Origin: Oligoflexia bacterium
Lineage (GTDB): Bacteria; Bdellovibrionota; UBA1018
Assembly (NCBI GenBank): GCA_963758495.1
Contig: CAVWVI010000003.1
Span: forward strand, 1,600,001-1,664,000
Reading direction: 5' to 3'
Length of the DNA stretch: 64,000 nt
Shown here: positions 20,099 to 34,224 of the stretch, one piece after another
Layout of the letters: every line of letters starts with the position of its first letter
Numbering within the stretch: position 1 is the first letter of the stretch
Position numbers and translations under genes: made by a program
The notes under the pieces: model-generated
The model's input: the letters and a program-made list of their open reading frames with translations, nothing else
Database searches by the model: none
What the model was told of the DNA's origin: nothing

Positions 20099-21560
20099 AG
20101 TTAAAGTCCAATATTCTTGTCAGAATTGTGGTCATCTTTCCGCAAAATGGTTGGGAAAATGTTCATCTTGTGAAGCATGGAACTCTTATGTGGAAGAAAC
20201 AGCATTTGCCCCATCAGCCGGAAATGCACTTTCAGAGATGAGAGATGAATTCCGTGCCGCTCGAGAAGCTGCGCTTGAGTCCACCGGCTTACATGGGGCT
20301 CTTATAACAGGGCAAACAGTGGATTGGGTCGATCTAGATCCAGAAGTTCTCCCAGGAGGGAGCACTTTAGAGCAAGTGCCAAGGCTCTCTACCGGTATTT
20401 CGGAGTTAAACCGTGTCTTGGGTGGTGGATTACTGCGAGATAGTTTTACTTTATTGGGGGGAGATCCAGGTATTGGTAAAAGTACCCTTTTACTTCAAAT
20501 GGCAAAAGGTCTTCGAGAAGCAGAGGCTGACATTAAAATTTTTTATGTCAGTGGTGAAGAGTCAGTAGATCAAATTCGAGGAAGAGCACAACGCTTGGGT
20601 GTACGAGGGAAAGGTCATATTTTCTTTTCTGCTGAAACTCGGCTGGAAAGAGTATTTGCCTCGGTCAAAGAATTGCATCCAGATGTCTTAATTATGGATT
20701 CCCTTCAGACTTTTTCCAGTGGTTTTGTTCAATCAGCACCTGGAAGTGTGAGCCAAGTTCGTGAAGTAGCCGCAAGACTCATGGCATTAGCTAAATCAGC
20801 GGGAATTGCGGTCTGGCTAGTGGGCCATGTGACTAAAGAGGGAAATATTGCAGGCCCAAAAACAATTGAGCATATGGTCGATACGGTTCTCTATTTTGAG
20901 GGCGAAGGTGGGCAGAGTTATCGCCTGCTAAGAACAGTGAAAAATCGTTTTGGAAGTACACGAGAGCTGGGTGTATTTGAAATGAATGGAGAGGGTTTGA
21001 GAGAAGTAACTAATCCATCTTCTCTCTTTTTAAGTGAAAGAGAAACACCCGTTTCAGGAACCGCAGTTGCAGTACCTTTAGAAGGTTCGCGGCCGTTACT
21101 GGTAGAGCTTCAGGCATTGGTGACTCCATCGGGTCTTGCACTTCCCCGTAGAACCTCTGTCGGAATTGATGGGACTCGGGTTTCTCTTTTAGCTGCGATT
21201 TTAGAAAAACACATGAAGCTAAACCTAGCGGAGCAAGACCTTTTCTTTAATGTTGCAGGAGGATTACGCTTGAACGAACCTGCTTGTGATTTAGCGGCGG
21301 CTGCGGCGATCTGGTCCAGTGCAGAGGAACGAACACTACCGAGTGATGCTGTTTTTATAGGTGAACTCGGTTTAACAGGAGAAGTTCGTCGAGTAGCTCA
21401 AACTGACCTCAGAATTCAGGAAGCAAAAAGGCTTGGATTTAAGAAAATACTTTTACCTCAAAGCACACCTAAAAGTTCTTTGGAGGTCTTAATGGGAGAT
21501 GCAAGCATTAAGGTTACATTTTTGTCTAGGATTGATGAATTACCAAAAATATTTCGTTGA
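20091..21560 (+). CDS. radA: DNA repair protein RadA/Sms
   Basis: C4 zinc finger, GDPGIGKST, KNRFG, Lon-like C-terminus. Confidence 0.97.
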   Translation: MAKVKVQYSCQNCGHLSAKWLGKCSSCEAWNSYVEETAFAPSAGNALSEMRDEFRAAREAALESTGLHGALITGQTVDWVDLDPEVLPGGSTLEQVPRLSTGISELNRVLGGGLLRDSFTLLGGDPGIGKSTLLLQMAKGLREAEADIKIFYVSGEESVDQIRGRAQRLGVRGKGHIFFSAETRLERVFASVKELHPDVLIMDSLQTFSSGFVQSAPGSVSQVREVAARLMALAKSAGIAVWLVGHVTKEGNIAGPKTIEHMVDTVLYFEGEGGQSYRLLRTVKNRFGSTRELGVFEMNGEGLREVTNPSSLFLSERETPVSGTAVAVPLEGSRPLLVELQALVTPSGLALPRRTSVGIDGTRVSLLAAILEKHMKLNLAEQDLFFNVAGGLRLNEPACDLAAAAAIWSSAEERTLPSDAVFIGELGLTGEVRRVAQTDLRIQEAKRLGFKKILLPQSTPKSSLEVLMGDASIKVTFLSRIDELPKIFR

Positions 21561-21620
21561 TAATTCAATAACTTAATAGAAAACTCGATTTTTCTTCCGA
21601 ATCCCTGATAAAATTTAGGT

Positions 21621-25647
<4,027 letters not shown>

Positions 25648-25848
25648 TCAATGTTTTCAGCTCAGCAATTTCTTCTTGAGCTTTTTGCAGATCTTTCGCT
25701 AACTTGTGAAGTTCTGCCTGTAATGAGTTGGACTGATTTAAAGGACTGGAATTGCTTGATCGTCCCACCTCTGATGTGTTTATTCTCGTTTTGGTCATAA
25801 GTATGTAATCAATTGTATTTCCATGAGCTTTAAATTCAAGTAATCTTA

Positions 25849-27150
25849 TTGTCTATGGTGGTTCATTCAAAGACCCCCGAAGATCGGATACAGATTGGCT
25901 CAAAACGAAAAATTGCTTTCGTTTGTAGTGGTGGCGCGACTAAAGCTGGAGCTTTTCACTTAGGTGTAGCGTTAGCCCTGCAGGAACAAGGTTTTAAGTT
26001 TTACGGCGGTACTGCTCCAGTTTCGGGATTGCGTCCAGTTCCTGGGCCAATGGAAATATCGACTTATGTAGGCTCAAGTGCAGGATCTATTATTTCATCG
26101 TACTTGGCTGCAGGGTATTCATTGGATAATATCTTTAACTCGTTTCTAGGTCGGCGGCCGCAAGACAGTGATGTGGCAGATTTAACTCCAAAAATTCTGC
26201 CCAGACTCACCTATCAAAAGATGTTCAAACTCAAGCCAAGTTTGAAAAAATATCAAATCAGTCAATTAATTAAATTACGCAGATCTTTTTTTGATATTAT
26301 TGAAGGCAATTGGGAATCTCTTGTTCAATTTAAGTGGCTTAAAGCGACTGGAATTTTTTCTACTTCAGGAATTGAGCAATATATGAGGGAAGAGGTACTC
26401 CCTTCGAATCGTTTTCACGACTATTTAGCCGATCTTTTTATTGTGGCTACTCAATTGAATCATTCCCGCAAGGTTGTATTTGGAAAATATAGTTATCAGC
26501 CGCCTCCTAATGACTTAACGTGTCAATATAACAATGATGTAGGAATTGCAGATGCATGTGCAGCAAGCACAGCTTTACCTGTAATTTTTTCACCTCATGC
26601 CATTAAAAATTCGAATAACCAATTGACTCATTATATTGATGGAGAAATTAGAGATACCTTATCAACCCATGTGGCAGTTGACGGGGGAGCAGATTTAATC
26701 ATAGCGAGTCACACTCATCAGCCCTATCATGTTATACGTGAGCTTGATTCATTGATGAATCACGGATTGGCGGCTATTGCCATTCAGTCTATCTATTTAT
26801 TGATCGAGCAGAAAATCAACAACCACATCTATAATAAACAAGCTAATCGAAATGCAATAGATGCTGTTTCTGAATATTGCAAAAATCAAGGAATTTCTGA
26901 ACAACATCGGCTCCGCATCTGTCACATTCTTGAAGCACAATTACATCATCGAATGGATGTAGATACGATTTATATTCATCCCAAAGCGACCGATAAACAG
27001 CTTTTTTTTGGTGAACACTTCACTCTTTCTCCAAAGAAAATGACGGAGACAGTAAGAAGTGGCTTTCGAGCTGCAATTGAAACATTGAGAAGGTATGACT
27101 TTTTGGATCGAGAAAAGACACATGCTATTGGAATGACTGAAACGCTTTAA
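25849..27150 (+). CDS. Patatin-like phospholipase
   Basis: CSGGATKAG oxyanion loop, GSSAG nucleophile, ASTALP, DGE catalytic Asp. Confidence 0.88.
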   Translation: MSMVVHSKTPEDRIQIGSKRKIAFVCSGGATKAGAFHLGVALALQEQGFKFYGGTAPVSGLRPVPGPMEISTYVGSSAGSIISSYLAAGYSLDNIFNSFLGRRPQDSDVADLTPKILPRLTYQKMFKLKPSLKKYQISQLIKLRRSFFDIIEGNWESLVQFKWLKATGIFSTSGIEQYMREEVLPSNRFHDYLADLFIVATQLNHSRKVVFGKYSYQPPPNDLTCQYNNDVGIADACAASTALPVIFSPHAIKNSNNQLTHYIDGEIRDTLSTHVAVDGGADLIIASHTHQPYHVIRELDSLMNHGLAAIAIQSIYLLIEQKINNHIYNKQANRNAIDAVSEYCKNQGISEQHRLRICHILEAQLHHRMDVDTIYIHPKATDKQLFFGEHFTLSPKKMTETVRSGFRAAIETLRRYDFLDREKTHAIGMTETL

Positions 27151-27398
27151 TGAGTAACGCGATGTTGTTCGTCAAATAAATCTGGATTGTGTTCTTGGAA
27201 GGAGTGAAAAAGTGACACGAGTGCCAAGTTTCCTAAGCTGCCGGCAATTTTAGTTGCTCCTCGGCTTAACCATTCCCAGCGTCCTGATCCAATCATAAAT
27301 CCCAGGATTAATGCACCTGCACCAATGACGAGCGGATCAGAAAAGCCACGATTTTTTAAAGAGTAAGGCTGATTCACCTTTTGATTTTCCACTTCCAT
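27147..27398 (-). CDS. Small membrane protein
   Basis: PLVIGAGALILGFMIG; SD AAGGAG. Confidence 0.65.
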   Translation of the reverse strand: MEVENQKVNQPYSLKNRGFSDPLVIGAGALILGFMIGSGRWEWLSRGATKIAGSLGNLALVSLFHSFQEHNPDLFDEQHRVTH

Positions 27399-27432
27399 AA
27401 TCTCATTTCTCCTTGCCGATCAATTTGGATCT

Positions 27433-27474
27433 TACAATGCTTGTGCCATAGTTTTAGGTGGCATAGGCGTTGCT
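27433..27474. promoter_or_regulatory. Back-to-back putative sigma54 promoters
   Basis: Minus strand TGGCACAAGCATTGTA (27433-27448) and plus strand TGGCATAGGCGTTGCT (27459-27474). Confidence 0.65.
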
Positions 27475-27509
27475 TTCAGTTGTTTTTCTGAATGATAGGA
27501 GACTTATTT

Positions 27510-27758
27510 ATGGCTGAACGAATGAATACATTTCAAAATGACTCAAAAAGTAGCAGAGCGGACATGCTTTCAGATGCCACTGCTCAAATGCAAGAGGACA
27601 TTGAGCAGCTGGTTGAAGGGTTTGATTTAAAGGCTATTGCAAAAAGAGTTGAGGAGTTTGGGCGTGAAAACCCAGTAGGTCTTGCATTGACGGCACTTAC
27701 TCTGGGTGTTGCTGTTGGAATCCTGATGCATAACCCAAGACGTCTATTGAATCGGTGA
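27510..27758 (+). CDS. ElaB/YqjD/DUF883-like tail-anchored small protein
   Basis: VEEFGRENPVGLALTALTLGVAVGILM; SD AGGAG. Confidence 0.7.
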   Translation: MAERMNTFQNDSKSSRADMLSDATAQMQEDIEQLVEGFDLKAIAKRVEEFGRENPVGLALTALTLGVAVGILMHNPRRLLNR

Positions 27759-27766
27759 TACGGTTT

Positions 27767-28702
27767 TTATAAATTCATAAAAATTTCATTGATGTCTGGG
27801 ACTTTGTTAATAACTTCGACGCTCTTTAGTTGATCTGCAAGAGACTTCCAGCGATCTTTCAGCATAATTCCTAACCCTAGCTTCCTAGACTCTTCTGTTA
27901 AAATGAATTTTTTTTGTAACTTAGCACTCTCATTAAAAATATGGATATCCATTGAAGGGTTTAATTTATTCATGAATTCATTCGTATTTTCTGGATTATT
28001 TACGTACAGATTCCAACCTTCGCGGACTGCTTGTACCATGGACTTCGTGGTTTCTAAGTTCTTTTCAATAAATACTTTTCTGGCAATCAGGACAGACATA
28101 TAGGGGTTGAAGCCTTCACTTGAAACTAGAAAATTTGAACTCTCTTTACCTTGTTTTACTACTAAAAGTGGCTCAGAAGTGATGAGCCCCTGTTGAGAAA
28201 GTGTAGGGTTATGTAAAAAATTTGCAATCCCACCGAGATGAGGGACAATCGTTGCTTTGATGGGCCCCAGCTTTTTTTTAAGAAAAAGAAAAAATGGAAG
28301 TCCGCTTTGAAGCTCCAGTGTATCTTTAGACTTCAGAATGTCTTGAATCGATTTAAAATTTTGTGAGGGGTGGGACATAATGACTAGGGGACTATTTTGA
28401 TAAATAGCAAAAAGGGCGACAAGGTCGGTTCCATGAGAGCGGGAAACTAAAAGCTCTTCCGCACTAGCAATACCAAATTCAGCTTGCCCGGCTGCCACCA
28501 TTTGTACGGTCGGTGTGCCAGATCCTCCCGGAATAATTTTGACATCTAGAGATTTTTTATTAAATAAACTATTAATTTGGGCAGTATAAAATCCACCAAA
28601 TTGTGGTTCAGGTTTCCAATTGAGTACTAAATGTATTGGCTTTGCATAGGCTTGACTCAAGTAAAATAAACCTACCAAAAGAGATAAAATGATTTTTTTC
28701 AT
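27767..28702 (-). CDS. ABC transporter substrate-binding protein, NMT1/THI5-like
   Basis: Signal peptide; LNWKPEPQFGGFY, PGGSG, VAAGQAEFGI. Confidence 0.85.
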   Translation of the reverse strand: MKKIILSLLVGLFYLSQAYAKPIHLVLNWKPEPQFGGFYTAQINSLFNKKSLDVKIIPGGSGTPTVQMVAAGQAEFGIASAEELLVSRSHGTDLVALFAIYQNSPLVIMSHPSQNFKSIQDILKSKDTLELQSGLPFFLFLKKKLGPIKATIVPHLGGIANFLHNPTLSQQGLITSEPLLVVKQGKESSNFLVSSEGFNPYMSVLIARKVFIEKNLETTKSMVQAVREGWNLYVNNPENTNEFMNKLNPSMDIHIFNESAKLQKKFILTEESRKLGLGIMLKDRWKSLADQLKSVEVINKVPDINEIFMNL

Positions 28703-28867
28703 TTAAAAATGATCCAATCTTTATTTCATAATTAATTTGTTCAGACCCATGCCGTCGTCTACAATAATAGCCAATTCAAGTAATAAATTCTAATTGAATC
28801 GTGTCTATTTGTAAGTAGTTCCATTTATTTTTAGTGCGCAGATCACGTATAAGGTAAGCTAGTTCTT

Positions 28868-29905
28868 ATGGAAACCTGTTCATTTTCAAATCTATCCCTT
28901 CCTTTTTCCTCGTCTTTGAGGGAAGCGAATCGCGAACTTTGGTTATCTATAAGTTTTGAATTGGCTGAAGAAAAGATGAAACAAATCAAAAAAAACCCAA
29001 AACCCACTTTTAATCTCAGCACCGTGATCGAAGAGGTTTATTTTTGTTGGTTGGAGCTTCTTTCTCAAGATCTGGATGAAAAGGTACCCGTGATTTCCCA
29101 ATGTAAAAACTTAAGCACTTACATTTTCAAATTTATCCTTTTTCTACAAAAAAAGTCGTCTAAATATCGAAAAATCTCAAAAATTTCATTTTTATTCACT
29201 CATACAAACTCGGATTGCAATGAGTATTTAAAAGACCCAAAAATACTTTCAAAAAAGGACGTCGTCTTTTTTCAAAGCAAACCCATCTTTATGAGTCAAG
29301 AAAAAGAAGTGATCTCAAATCCGCTCTATGGAGATGCTTCTCAGATTCAAAATTTCTGGAGTTCTTACGTTCTGAAAGATGAAGATCAATCGCTCAAGCT
29401 GCCTTTAGTGATTGATTTTCCAGGCACCTATTCTGGACAAACAGTCCGTTTGACGCTTGGACAAAGGAGTTATTATTCACTTCCCAACTCTGTATTGATA
29501 TTTGCCTTCAATAAGGACCAGCAACTCTTGCTTGTTCATCATAAGCAGCGTGGCTGGGAGTTGCCCGGAGGTAAAATTGAGCCTGGAGAATCCGCTGAAA
29601 ATGCAATCATTCGAGAAGTTCGCGAAGAAAGTGGTGTAATTATTGAAAAAGTTGAGCCTCTTGCGCAATACGAAATAATAAAAAGCGATTTATCTGATTT
29701 GAACCCGCAAACTACAAAGCGTATTTATTTCGCTCAAACTCATCAAGAAGCACTCATTACGGGAGAGGATACTGATGGTCGCCGTTTTTGTACCCCTCCC
29801 CTGCCGGAAGATGTCTACTTTGGAATAGAAAGTGAATGCTATAGCCTACTACTTAAAGACAATGTCTATAACATTGGCTTAAAACTCGCTTTAACTCAAA
29901 TGTAA
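28868..29905 (+). CDS. Nudix hydrolase with long N-terminal extension
   Basis: [29 protein letters not shown]udix box. Confidence 0.85.
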   Translation: METCSFSNLSLPFSSSLREANRELWLSISFELAEEKMKQIKKNPKPTFNLSTVIEEVYFCWLELLSQDLDEKVPVISQCKNLSTYIFKFILFLQKKSSKYRKISKISFLFTHTNSDCNEYLKDPKILSKKDVVFFQSKPIFMSQEKEVISNPLYGDASQIQNFWSSYVLKDEDQSLKLPLVIDFPGTYSGQTVRLTLGQRSYYSLPNSVLIFAFNKDQQLLLVHHKQRGWELPGGKIEPGESAENAIIREVREESGVIIEKVEPLAQYEIIKSDLSDLNPQTTKRIYFAQTHQEALITGEDTDGRRFCTPPLPEDVYFGIESECYSLLLKDNVYNIGLKLALTQM

Positions 29906-30289
29906 CTTCACTGCTCCTTGCTCTTCATTTTCCATATTTAAAATAGCAATCATTACTGAAACAAGCTGAATTGTAGGGTTTTTCTGGCAGAATTGCTTTT
30001 GCAGTAAGGCGTTGAGTTTTTGATAAAAAAACTCACTTAAAGTCTCACAAGTGGGAAACTCTCGCACGTTAGCGCTCACTTTTGAGTTGTCATTCAAGTA
30101 AGTCGTGCTCAACTCGTCAACCAAAAGCTGAATCTGATTTCTTAAAATGGGTATATCGGCGATTCGGCCCTCTATAGGCTGTCCCGTTAAACTGACCTCT
30201 AAACGCCAAAGATGGGGGTGTGGTATTTCATAGTCCGTTAAAGAATGAGAGGCTTCAAATCCAAATTTAAGAATGAGTTCTGTTTTCAT
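29891..30289 (-). CDS. 6-pyruvoyl-tetrahydropterin synthase/QueD-family protein, atypical
   Basis: FEASHSL, EIPHPH, YLND, PTCETL. Confidence 0.75.
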   Translation of the reverse strand: MKTELILKFGFEASHSLTDYEIPHPHLWRLEVSLTGQPIEGRIADIPILRNQIQLLVDELSTTYLNDNSKVSANVREFPTCETLSEFFYQKLNALLQKQFCQKNPTIQLVSVMIAILNMENEEQGAVKLHLS

Positions 30290-30302
30290 AAATAAAAATC
30301 AA

Positions 30303-30815
30303 CTAGTTTTTAATGGTTCTCGGGCGCCAAACGAAAGTCACACTATATCCAGGGATTTCTTCAATAGTCACTTCGACATCAAATACTCTTCTTTTTACTA
30401 AGTCCTGATCCAAATGACTGACAAAGCGATGACAAAATGTGGAAGCCAAAGCTTCTACACTGATGTTGCCTGTCTCTAAAAATACCACTTCATCAGTAGG
30501 AAGGACATAATGTTTCTTGCAAAGATAGAGTTCTATTTCATCCTCAGTTTTGGATATGATTTTCAAAAAAGAGCTTTTAGCAGGTAAAAGGAGCTTTTCA
30601 TTCCACTCCTTACAAACTTTCACAATAGAGTTTTTAAAATATTCAAAAGGGATTACTTCATCGGGTGATGAGTCATCAAGTCCTATAGAGACTTTTACCA
30701 CAAAAGTATGTCCATGAATAGTTTCCTTGGCCCCATCTCCGTAGATGGTCATGTGCCCTGAAGAGAAATGGAGAGATTGATCTGTGATATTAATCCTATA
30801 CATGAGTTGGCTCAT
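30303..30815 (-). CDS. PTPS/QueD-family protein, PTPS-III-like
   Basis: FSSGH, ETIHGH, SVEALA, VTIEEIPG. Confidence 0.78.
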   Translation of the reverse strand: MSQLMYRINITDQSLHFSSGHMTIYGDGAKETIHGHTFVVKVSIGLDDSSPDEVIPFEYFKNSIVKVCKEWNEKLLLPAKSSFLKIISKTEDEIELYLCKKHYVLPTDEVVFLETGNISVEALASTFCHRFVSHLDQDLVKRRVFDVEVTIEEIPGYSVTFVWRPRTIKN

Positions 30816-30855
30816 AACGGAGTATCTACCAAAGCCTTAGGGAAAAATCCACCCC

Positions 30856-30882
30856 TCAAGTAATTCTCATTTTTACCGACAA
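30856..30882 (+). promoter_or_regulatory. Putative sigma28 promoter
   Basis: TCAAG-N14-ACCGACAA ending 7 nt before ATG 30890. Confidence 0.5.
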
Positions 30883-30889
30883 GAAGAAT

Positions 30890-31639
30890 ATGAGTCAGGT
30901 TTACGTGATTTTATTGGCAATAGCAGCGTTATTAATTTCTTCTATTGGGGCTATTTTTTCTATTGCCGGTTTGGCAAAGCTTTTTTCTGGAGCTTCGGTT
31001 TCTGTTACATTTATGGCGAGCTCTTTGGAGTTTGGCAAGATTATAGTCGCTGGATTTCTCTATCGATATTGGATTCATACTAATAGGGTAATGAAATACT
31101 ATTTAACCATTGCTCTCATGGTTTTGATGTGTATCACCAGTATAGGAATTTTCGGCTTTCTTTCAAATGCTTATCAAAAGTCTTCTCATGATTTGAAATT
31201 ATCTCAACTCAAGATAAGAATGATGGATACTGAAAATTTGAAAGTTTTAGAAGAAATTAAAGGCATTGAAAAATTTATCTCAGAAGTTCCTCAAAATCGG
31301 ATTTCAAAAAAGTTTGAACTTCAAAAAGAATCCGAACCCCGCATTCAACAACTTCGTCAACGTTCACATGATTTATTGACTGAGATGGGCAAAGTAAATC
31401 TTGAAATTTTAAATACTCAGACCAAAGTTGGACCTTTGATTTATGTGGCTGACTCATTACGTATAGATGTGGATACAGTAGCAAAATATTTGATTCTTAC
31501 GATTGTAATGGTTTTCGATCCCTTTGCTATTTGTCTAGTTTTCGCGTGGAGTCTCGCATCCCATTTAAATGAGAAGGAGCGTGCGAATGAGAGACTCATT
31601 GCTAGTCAAATCGTCGATAAGCCTATCGATTATGTTTAG
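30890..31639 (+). CDS. Membrane protein: 3 TM, coiled coil, 1 TM
   Basis: FSIAGLAKLF, SLEFGK, TSIGIFGFLS, VGPLIYVA, VFDPFA. Confidence 0.75.
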   Translation: MSQVYVILLAIAALLISSIGAIFSIAGLAKLFSGASVSVTFMASSLEFGKIIVAGFLYRYWIHTNRVMKYYLTIALMVLMCITSIGIFGFLSNAYQKSSHDLKLSQLKIRMMDTENLKVLEEIKGIEKFISEVPQNRISKKFELQKESEPRIQQLRQRSHDLLTEMGKVNLEILNTQTKVGPLIYVADSLRIDVDTVAKYLILTIVMVFDPFAICLVFAWSLASHLNEKERANERLIASQIVDKPIDYV

Positions 31640-31644
31640 CTTTT

Positions 31645-32604
31645 ATGAAGAAATTCGAGCATAGGTTTTCCTGGGGCACTCAGTGGATTCAAAATAATGG
31701 TTACTATCTTGGGCTAATTTTCGTGAGTTTCCTGGTTTACCAGGCTCGTCGGACTTCACAGGTGTCTGAGCGTATTGTATTTATTTTTTATCTAGGATTC
31801 ATGGTGTGGAGTTCTATTAAGAAAGCAAGAACAGAAGCACTTTTAAAGCAGAGCGAACGAATGAATCAGGCCGCAGAGAAAGCGAGTCAAGCAAAATCCA
31901 TTTTTCTTGCTCATATGTCTCATGAAATTCGAACTCCCATGCACGGGATTATGAGTTTTGCCAAGTTTGGCCAGAAAAAGATTGGAGTTGTCTCAAATGA
32001 AAAAATTAAATCTTACTTCAATGAAATTTACGACAGTGGAGCACGATTGATGTCCCTTCTTAATGACCTTCTCGATTTGTCGAAGCTTGAGGCAGGAAAA
32101 TTTATATATGTAATGAAAGACAACGATTTAATGGAGATTGTTGTAACGGTGAGTTCCGAGATACAGGCTTTTGTCGAAGAAAAAGGACTTAAGCTTGAGA
32201 CCGTGAGTCAAACTTCAAAAATTGTAGGATTTTTCGATTCTGAACGTATTATGCAAGTGATGAGAAATCTTCTTTCCAATGCGATTAAATTCTCAGAAAA
32301 AGGGACTACTATTCAAATTAGGTTAACGCAGTCAGTGACAAGCATCAGTTGTCAAGTGCTCAATCAAGGGGTATTTATCCCACAATCAGAATTGGAATCT
32401 ATTTTTAATAAATTTGTACAGAGTAGCCAAACAAGACTTGGGGCAGGGGGTACTGGCCTAGGTCTTGCCATTTGTAAGGACATTATTCAGCAACAGCATG
32501 GAAAAATTTGGGCAGAAAGCAAGTTGAGTGGAGAAACGAAATTCATATTTGAGCTGCCGAGAGCAGCGATTAAGGCGGATTCATCAGAAGAAGTGAAAGT
32601 ATAA
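31645..32604 (+). CDS. Sensor histidine kinase (HisKA + HATPase)
   Basis: FLAHMSHEIRTPM H box, NLLSNAIKFS N box, GGTGLGLAI G2 box. Confidence 0.93.
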   Translation: MKKFEHRFSWGTQWIQNNGYYLGLIFVSFLVYQARRTSQVSERIVFIFYLGFMVWSSIKKARTEALLKQSERMNQAAEKASQAKSIFLAHMSHEIRTPMHGIMSFAKFGQKKIGVVSNEKIKSYFNEIYDSGARLMSLLNDLLDLSKLEAGKFIYVMKDNDLMEIVVTVSSEIQAFVEEKGLKLETVSQTSKIVGFFDSERIMQVMRNLLSNAIKFSEKGTTIQIRLTQSVTSISCQVLNQGVFIPQSELESIFNKFVQSSQTRLGAGGTGLGLAICKDIIQQQHGKIWAESKLSGETKFIFELPRAAIKADSSEEVKV

Positions 32605-32623
32605 AACAAGCCTTACCTTTAAT

Positions 32624-34195
32624 TTAATGTGCACTGACTTGAGTATTCACTCGCTTTTGCATCTTCATCATAAAAACGGGAACGGTCATACCCACTACAA
32701 TGAATAGGATGATCCAGCAAAGCTGGTTAAAGCTCATAATGAAGGTTTGTTGCATCACGCGCCCCCACATGGACTTGATGGCAAGCGTTTGGGGGTCACC
32801 CATTCCGATACTTCCTTTCAAGCTTGCGCTGGAAACTCCTGCAGCGATACTTGTGAAATCATGGTATCCACTTCGAGTGAGAACTGACAGTTTCGGCATT
32901 AGATCGACATAGTTTTGCTTCCCTAGGCGGGTCAAAAGTGTTGAAAGCGCGGCAATTCCGATGCTGCCTCCAGTCTGACGAAAAAAGCTCATGATTCCTG
33001 CTACCTGTTCCAGTTGTTCCCCTCTAAACTGTCCCATGACAACGCCTGAGATCGGAATGAAAAGTAACCCTGTGGCGACTCCCCGAATGATAAGTGGAAC
33101 TATAAGATCTTGGGCACCTGTTTGGGTTGTGAATTGGCTCATCATGAACAGGGCGGTCGTTGCGAGAATAATGCCAGTGATAATGATAGAGCGAGGATGA
33201 AGGTATTTGGATAAAACACCGACTGCCATCATGGAGAATGCTGTGGCGATGGAGCCGGGAATGAAAAGTTTCCCCGTCTGAGTTGCCGTCATATGAATTA
33301 TATTATTAACAAAAATCGGGACGACAAAAGTGAGCGCATAAAGCATCAATCCAAGTGCAAGCATGAGGATTGCGCCGGCTCTGACTACATTCGATTTAAA
33401 AAGTCGAAGATTCATGATGGGATGGCTGACGTGAAGTTCCCAGAAGATAAAGCCCACCACGCCAATCATAGCCAGGAAGGCCGTCACTCGGATGGCGTTG
33501 GAATCCATCCAGCCTTCGGTTTGTCCACGTTCCAAGATGAATTGAAAACAACCGACTCCTAAAGAAAGAAGTGCAAAGCCCCCCCAATCAATTTTGCTTC
33601 TGGCGGATAGTGTCTCGGTTTGTAGGTCTGTATTGGATTTCACTTGATCTACATACAAATAAGAAAGAAGTGAAGCGATCAATCCAATGGGCACGTTGAC
33701 GTTGAAAATAGATCTCCATCCCAAGTTATCCGTAAGGTAGCCGCCAATGACTGGACCTAGTGCGGGTCCAACCATGACACCCATGCCGAAGATGGCCATT
33801 GCAAGTGTCGCTTTTTCTTTTGGAAATTGCTCTTGAATGAGTGTTTGCGAAGTAGGAAGAAGGGCTCCTCCGGCAAGTCCCTGGATGACACGAAATAGAA
33901 TCAGAATAGGGAGATTGGGGGCTAACCCACAGGCCAATGACGAGAGTGTAAAGAGGAGAATCGCGCCTGTGAAGTACTGTTTACGCCCCATTCGCGCTCC
34001 AAACCAAGCGGCAACCGGAAGAATGATGGAATTTGCAATCATGTAGGCAGTAGAAACCCAACTGATCTCATCTAAAGTTACCCCTAAATTTCCCATCATC
34101 GTAGGAATTGCTACATTGACGATGGATGTGTCGATGATTTCTAGTAGAGAAGCAAGGACTGCTATGATGATGATGAGTATGGATTGAGTACTCAT
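32624..34195 (-). CDS. emrB: DHA2 MFS efflux permease (EmrB family)
   Basis: IDTSIVNVAIP, FRVIQGLAGG, GPALGPVIGGYL, WRSIFNVNVPIG. Confidence 0.92.
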   Translation of the reverse strand: MSTQSILIIIIAVLASLLEIIDTSIVNVAIPTMMGNLGVTLDEISWVSTAYMIANSIILPVAAWFGARMGRKQYFTGAILLFTLSSLACGLAPNLPILILFRVIQGLAGGALLPTSQTLIQEQFPKEKATLAMAIFGMGVMVGPALGPVIGGYLTDNLGWRSIFNVNVPIGLIASLLSYLYVDQVKSNTDLQTETLSARSKIDWGGFALLSLGVGCFQFILERGQTEGWMDSNAIRVTAFLAMIGVVGFIFWELHVSHPIMNLRLFKSNVVRAGAILMLALGLMLYALTFVVPIFVNNIIHMTATQTGKLFIPGSIATAFSMMAVGVLSKYLHPRSIIITGIILATTALFMMSQFTTQTGAQDLIVPLIIRGVATGLLFIPISGVVMGQFRGEQLEQVAGIMSFFRQTGGSIGIAALSTLLTRLGKQNYVDLMPKLSVLTRSGYHDFTSIAAGVSSASLKGSIGMGDPQTLAIKSMWGRVMQQTFIMSFNQLCWIILFIVVGMTVPVFMMKMQKRVNTQVSAH

Positions 34196-34224
34196 GGTTT
34201 GTCCCTTCCTCGTTTAGGCCTTCT

